Source: an archaeon (lineage in GTDB: Archaea; Iainarchaeota; Iainarchaeia; Iainarchaeales; CSSED10-239). From it: a stretch of 17,730 bases of DNA. Location: contig JBAWVI010000004.1 of NCBI GenBank assembly GCA_037147375.1, positions 1-17,730 on the forward strand, read 5' to 3'. Numbering within the stretch: the stretch's first letter is position 1; the number at the start of each line of letters is the position of its first letter. The notes below the pieces were generated by a model. It worked only from the letters and a program-made list of their open reading frames with translations. It did no database searches and was not told the DNA's origin. Below, in pieces: positions 14,411 to 17,730 of the stretch. A program made the position numbers and the translations under genes.

Positions 14411-16053
14411 TTTATTTGCTTTACTCTTTCATTTAATGCTTGCATATTAACATTCATTACTTCTATATTCTGATCAATAACAGCAATGAATTGTTCTTTA
14501 AACTTATTTAGTTCATCCATTTTCTCTTGGATTAAGTTAACTGCATTTAAATCTTTTTCAATACCCTTTTCAAGTCTTTCAATCTCTTTAATCTTTTCTT
14601 TAAATTCAGAATTAAGTGATGATTCATATATCTTTAATGATTGACTTATTTTTTCATCAACAGACACAAGTAAGTGTTCTTCAAAGATTCTAAGTTCTTC
14701 AAGTTTTTTATTTATGATTTCAGGATCTGTTCTTTGGGCAATTGTGTCTCTAACATGTTTAAGTTCGCGAAGCTCATCAGATATTTCATTTTTCATAGCT
14801 TCTCTTGCTTTAGCAAGGAACTCTATCTTTACTCTTTCAAATCTTTCATCATATCTATTAGATAATTGTGTTTTAAATGAATCAAGCTCAGATAATTTAT
14901 CATAAATCTGTTGAGGATTAATTTGTTTTTTAATTCCTTCTTCAAATTCAATTATTTTTTTAATTTCTACATCAATTGAATTTTGTGTATTTTTAACAAG
15001 CCCTTCAGTAATTCTTGATTGAAGTGCAAGAGTGTTATTAATTTCTTTAATTTTAGTATTTAGTTTAGTTGTAAGTGTTGTAATTATTTTATTTATACTT
15101 TCTTCTGTTTTTTGAGTTAATAAATCATTTTGCTTAACTGTAAGTTCAGAAACTTCTTTAATTTCTTTACTTCTTTCTTCAAGATTAAGTGATAAAGCAC
15201 TTATGCTATTCTTTTCAGATTCTATTTTTGCAAGTTCATTTCCCATTCTTGCTTCAAGAACCTTAAACTTAGTTAATTCAATTAGAACCTTTGCATTTGA
15301 TTTATCTGTTTCTGCTTTAATATCATTTCCAATCTTTGCTAAAAGTAATTGTCTTGATGAAGCTTGAACACTATTTAGTTTATTTAATTCCTCAGTAATT
15401 AGCTTTTGTAAGGAAGTTGTGTTCTCATCCATTTTTTTCTTAAGAAATTCTTCTGTTGTTTTTTGTTTGTTTTCAAGCTCAGTTAATTTCATATTAATGG
15501 TTGTAATTATTCCTCTTTGCCAAATATCAATATTTTCAGATGTTGAATCTTTAAAATCAATTTCTGGTTTATAATCTTGATTTAATGAACCAACATTAAT
15601 TGAACTAATTGTTGCTTTATCTATCATTCCAGATGAAGACTCATTTTTAGACATATCTTCAAGAGTATCCATTTCAAGTCCTTTAGAAACGTTATTCATT
15701 TCATCAGCTAAGAAATCTGTTTCAGGAACATCTACAATTTGGGTAGGTAATTCATCATTTTCAAAAAAGTCATCAGGTATTTCTCTAGTTTTTGGGATTT
15801 CATCTTCTACTTTAATTGTATTTTTCTCATCTACCTTAACTACGTTCTTTTCTTCTTTCTTAGGTTTGCTTTCAACTGGTTTTTTATTTTTATTAATATC
15901 AATTTCTGCTTTCTTAATAAGTTCTGTGCTTTCATCTTTAGATAAACCCATTCTAACTAGGTTTTCAATGATCTCATCGTGAGACATTCCAAGTTCTTGT
16001 AACTTTTTTATGTTTTCAACAACTCTATCATCAGCAATCATAGAACCGCACAT
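14398..16053 (-). CDS. Long coiled-coil protein with a small N-terminal helical (UBA/HeH-like) domain and an acidic linker; function unknown
   Basis: 551-aa ORF with no TM segment. Residues 10-49 (VVENIKKLQELGMSHDEIIENLVRMGLSKDESTELIKKA) look like a compact helical module. Residues about 50-175 are K/E/D-rich low complexity with acidic-aromatic patches (IPDDFFENDELP, ETDFLADEM). Residues about 176-551 are continuous heptad-like K/E/L/I/N sequence. Confidence 0.75.
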   Translation of the reverse strand: MCGSMIADDRVVENIKKLQELGMSHDEIIENLVRMGLSKDESTELIKKAEIDINKNKKPVESKPKKEEKNVVKVDEKNTIKVEDEIPKTREIPDDFFENDELPTQIVDVPETDFLADEMNNVSKGLEMDTLEDMSKNESSSGMIDKATISSINVGSLNQDYKPEIDFKDSTSENIDIWQRGIITTINMKLTELENKQKTTEEFLKKKMDENTTSLQKLITEELNKLNSVQASSRQLLLAKIGNDIKAETDKSNAKVLIELTKFKVLEARMGNELAKIESEKNSISALSLNLEERSKEIKEVSELTVKQNDLLTQKTEESINKIITTLTTKLNTKIKEINNTLALQSRITEGLVKNTQNSIDVEIKKIIEFEEGIKKQINPQQIYDKLSELDSFKTQLSNRYDERFERVKIEFLAKAREAMKNEISDELRELKHVRDTIAQRTDPEIINKKLEELRIFEEHLLVSVDEKISQSLKIYESSLNSEFKEKIKEIERLEKGIEKDLNAVNLIQEKMDELNKFKEQFIAVIDQNIEVMNVNMQALNERVKQINGNK

Positions 16054-16054
16054 C

Positions 16055-16621
16055 TTATTTTATTTTTTTAAGAAGTTCTTTACTAACTTCTTTAATAGTT
16101 TTATTTCCATTAACTTTAACTAACAATCCTTTCTCTTCAAATCTCTTAATTACTGGCATTGTTTCATTAAAGTAAATATCAAGTCTTTTTTTAATAGCTT
16201 CTTTATTATCATCTTCTCTCTTTCTTAATAATAATCTTTTAATACATTCTTCTTTAGATGTATCTACATATATTAAAGCTTGAATTTTGTATTTTTGTTT
16301 ATAAATATAATAATCAAGAGTAATTGCTTGATCAAGCTCTCTTGGAAATCCATCAACAATTATCTTATCTACTTTGCTATTATTAATCTCATTAAACAAA
16401 AGATCACAAGTTATTTCAAATGGAACAAGTATTCCTTGTTTCATTTCCTTATCAAGTTCACGCCCTAGTTTTGTTTTCTTTGCAACCTCTCTTTTAAGAA
16501 GATCACTTTCAACTATGTGCTTGTATCCAAGACTTTTAGACAGGATTTCAGCTTGTGTGCTCTTACCAGACCCTGCTGGTCCTAAGATAAATATAATTTT
16601 TTTAATACCCTTCATAACCAT
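16055..16621 (-). CDS. adk: Adenylate kinase, short (lid-less) type
   Basis: P-loop ILGPAGSGKSTQAE, NMP-binding SDLLKRE...GILVP, DGFPRELDQA, and RKREDDNKEAIKKRLDIYFNETMPVIKRFEEKGLLVKVNG. There is no Cys4 or long LID insert. The first codon of the ORF track (16622-16624) is TTG, so I start at the next codon, ATG 16621. M4 at 16615 is also possible. Confidence 0.88.
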   Translation of the reverse strand: MVMKGIKKIIFILGPAGSGKSTQAEILSKSLGYKHIVESDLLKREVAKKTKLGRELDKEMKQGILVPFEITCDLLFNEINNSKVDKIIVDGFPRELDQAITLDYYIYKQKYKIQALIYVDTSKEECIKRLLLRKREDDNKEAIKKRLDIYFNETMPVIKRFEEKGLLVKVNGNKTIKEVSKELLKKIK

Positions 16622-16753
16622 CAAAAGACATTTATTAAATATTTGTGTATACCAATATTATATATAAGCTATATATTAGTAATAGCTATTATATTTAAAA
16701 ACATTATCTTTCTTTAAAAACAAGGAAATAAGTGTTTTAAATTGAAATTCATT

Positions 16754-16828
16754 AGACCGGTAGTACAGTCTGGATAGTATGCAAGCCTCCTAAGCTTGAG
16801 ATCGTGGGTTCGAATCCCACCCGGTCTG
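16754..16828 (+). tRNA. tRNA-Arg(CCU): tRNA-Arg, anticodon CCU (reads AGG); no encoded CCA, no intron
   Basis: Hand-folded cloverleaf. Acceptor stem AGACCGG/CCGGTCT (7 bp, A1:U72). D-arm GTAC-AGTCTGGATA-GTAT. Anticodon arm CAAGC-CTCCTAA-GCTTG. Variable loop AGATC. T-arm GTGGG-TTCGAAT-CCCAC. Discriminator G at 16828. TATA-like sequences (ctttaaaaac and ttttaaatt) lie 12-40 nt upstream. Confidence 0.9.
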
Positions 16829-16876
16829 CTTTGCTAAAAATTAATTTAAAATATTAAGAATAAGGATGTTTTTTAA

Positions 16877-17470
16877 ATGAAGTTTGTAAATATATTAGTT
16901 TTAATAATTATTTTAGTTTTGATTTCTTTGTTTATTTATCCTTCTTTTAATAAAAATAAAGATGTTATTATAAATTTAGATCCTTATCAAAAGAACTTAG
17001 ATGCTTCAGATTCATTTAAAACAGGAGCATATACAATAACAAAAGTTGCAGAATATGATATTACTGCTAGAGTTTTAAGTACTAAAAAATATAATGATAA
17101 AATGTCAGAATTATCGAAATTTGATTTTGCACTTGGTTGGAATAAAATGTCTGATTATAATATTGTAAAAGAAACATATGTTACACAATATAATAGATTC
17201 TTTTTATGGCATCTTGAAAGCAATTATCAATTAATTACAGTAAAAGAAGTTACTGAAAGTGGTGCAAATGTTCATATGTTAACAGATAATAAATCAGTTC
17301 AAAGACAACTAAGAAAAGTAAATAAGAACGATATTGTAAATATAAAAGGTTATTTAGTAAACGTACAATCAGATTCTGGGTGGCTAATTAATTCTTCACT
17401 TACAAGAACAGATGATGGACCTGGTGCTTGTGAAGTTTTATGGGTTGAAAAAATAACTATTTTAAATTGA
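16877..17470 (+). CDS. Hypothetical protein with an N-terminal membrane anchor or signal
   Basis: 197-aa ORF. MKFVNILVLIIILVLISLFIYPSF is a hydrophobic anchor. The remainder is soluble, with conserved-looking blocks FDFALGWNKMSD, NVHMLTD and SSLTRTDDGPGACEVLWVEKI. I cannot assign a family. Confidence 0.65.
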   Translation: MKFVNILVLIIILVLISLFIYPSFNKNKDVIINLDPYQKNLDASDSFKTGAYTITKVAEYDITARVLSTKKYNDKMSELSKFDFALGWNKMSDYNIVKETYVTQYNRFFLWHLESNYQLITVKEVTESGANVHMLTDNKSVQRQLRKVNKNDIVNIKGYLVNVQSDSGWLINSSLTRTDDGPGACEVLWVEKITILN

Positions 17471-17495
17471 AATTGTGGGTTTGAATCCAACCCAC
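17460..17495 (+). repeat. Remnant copy of the tRNA-Arg locus: the 15-nt upstream leader fused directly to a T-arm-like hairpin
   Basis: 17460-17474 (ttttaaattgaaatt) is identical to 16735-16749, just upstream of the tRNA. 17475-17493 (gtgggtttgaatccaaccc) matches the tRNA T-arm and start of the 3' acceptor strand (16804-16822) at 17 of 19 positions. The copy can fold as a 7-bp hairpin, GTGGGTT/AACCCAC, and may serve as a terminator together with the T7 run at 17520-17526. Confidence 0.7.
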
Positions 17496-17516
17496 TCAAT
17501 TTATAATAAACAAGTT

Positions 17517-17730
17517 TTATTTTTTTGTTAATTGAATATTATAACTATAAGTTGTAGGTCCATTTGTTACTTCATCACTTAATTTATCCTTCTTAGATAT
17601 CTTTGTTATTAATCCTGTTTCAAGTACGAAAGGAGATTCTTGATTAATAAGCTGATCTAAATTACATGCTTCTGAACTTTGTTGTCCATCTCCTCCATCA
17701 AACTCATATCCTCCAGTACAAGAGATAACT
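17517..17730 (-). CDS. C-terminal 70 codons of an unidentified protein; the gene continues beyond the right window edge
   Basis: The reverse-strand frame is open from 17729 down to a TAA stop (complement of 17517-19): VISCTGGYEFDGGDGQQSSEACNLDQLINQESPFVLETGLITKISKKDKLSDEVTNGPTTYSYNIQLTKK*. It is not in the ORF track because no start lies in the window. It is convergent with the 197-aa gene. Confidence 0.4.
   Translation of the reverse strand, partial: VISCTGGYEFDGGDGQQSSEACNLDQLINQESPFVLETGLITKISKKDKLSDEVTNGPTTYSYNIQLTKK

Noticed and set aside
14674-14905. Two overlapping 63-aa + strand ORFs inside the coiled-coil gene
   Set aside because: Same antisense coiled-coil artefact as in smc.
16622-16624. 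ORF-track start of adk, translated as Met
   Set aside because: This codon is TTG. The next codon (16619-16621) is ATG, and a further ATG follows at 16613-16615. I use the ATG, and the P-loop position fits either.
16280-16667. 62-aa and 97-aa + strand ORFs opposite adk
   Set aside because: They are antisense to a motif-complete adenylate kinase. The 97-aa ORF would also run through the adk promoter region with no signals of its own.
16661-16695. Short inverted and direct repeats (agctat...atagct; agctatatatt / agctattatatt) in the adk/tRNA divergent spacer
   Set aside because: The 6-bp stems and AT-rich words are within chance expectation. They are most simply the TATA-rich cores of the two divergent promoters.
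17460-17500. Nanoarchaeum-style split-tRNA 3' half gene
   Set aside because: The fragment covers only the T-arm plus a non-matching acceptor strand. The invariant C56 is mutated and one T-stem pair is broken in the tRNA register. Known split sites lie in the anticodon or D region, not at position 50. No complementary 5' half or leader pairing is visible.
16754-17516. Integrated mobile element (genomic island or provirus) at the tRNA-Arg gene
   Set aside because: The bracketed segment is only about 640 bp with one non-integrase ORF. There is no integrase, transposase or terminal inverted repeats. The repeat includes sequence upstream of the tRNA, which att sites normally do not. It is kept as a locus-rearrangement finding, not annotated as a mobile element.
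1-17730. CRISPR arrays, rRNA genes, C/D-box or other structured ncRNAs in the intergenic spacers
   Set aside because: No regularly spaced direct repeats are present. No spacer exceeds about 190 bp. I found no RUGAUGA/CUGA box pairs or long conserved-looking helices beyond the terminator hairpins already listed.

Overview
This is a very AT-rich, tightly packed chromosomal segment. It holds 15 protein-coding genes, two of them cut by the window edges, and one tRNA. Most of the content is housekeeping:
- a form II/III RuBisCO large subunit
- a GNAT acetyltransferase
- two tandem paralogous alpha/beta-hydrolases
- a SlyD-type FKBP prolyl isomerase with a Cys/His/acidic tail
- seryl-tRNA synthetase
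- an SMC ATPase with a shrunken hinge
- two adjacent surface proteins built from CARDB-like beta-sandwich repeats
- a long coiled-coil protein whose start abuts the stop of a short-type adenylate kinase
- tRNA-Arg(CCU)
- a small membrane-anchored hypothetical protein
- a partial glycosyltransferase, divergent from a CruF/DUF422-like membrane protein

Several traits point to a small-genome archaeon of the DPANN type. TTTAAATA-type TATA boxes sit about 25-35 nt upstream of several starts. Leaderless-looking genes are mixed with GGAGG-led genes. The tRNA gene has no encoded CCA. The II/III RuBisCO and the surface-protein architecture fit the same picture. This is inference, and a CPR bacterium is not formally excluded.

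I see no CRISPR array, rRNA, transposase or integrase. I also do not see a clear-cut novel multi-gene system such as defence or secretion. The most interesting items are:
1. A shared tripartite C-terminal signal (TG[IL][ST]G[YF]FT, then a TM helix, then a basic tail) on the two surface proteins. It looks like an undescribed sorting signal.
2. A deleted copy of the tRNA-Arg locus (15-nt leader fused to the T-arm) that brackets the 197-aa gene.
3. The II/III RuBisCO, present without its AMP-salvage partner genes in this window.
4. The coupled pair of adenylate kinase and coiled-coil protein.
5. The minimal SMC hinge.

All family assignments rest on motif recognition by eye and memory, not on searches.
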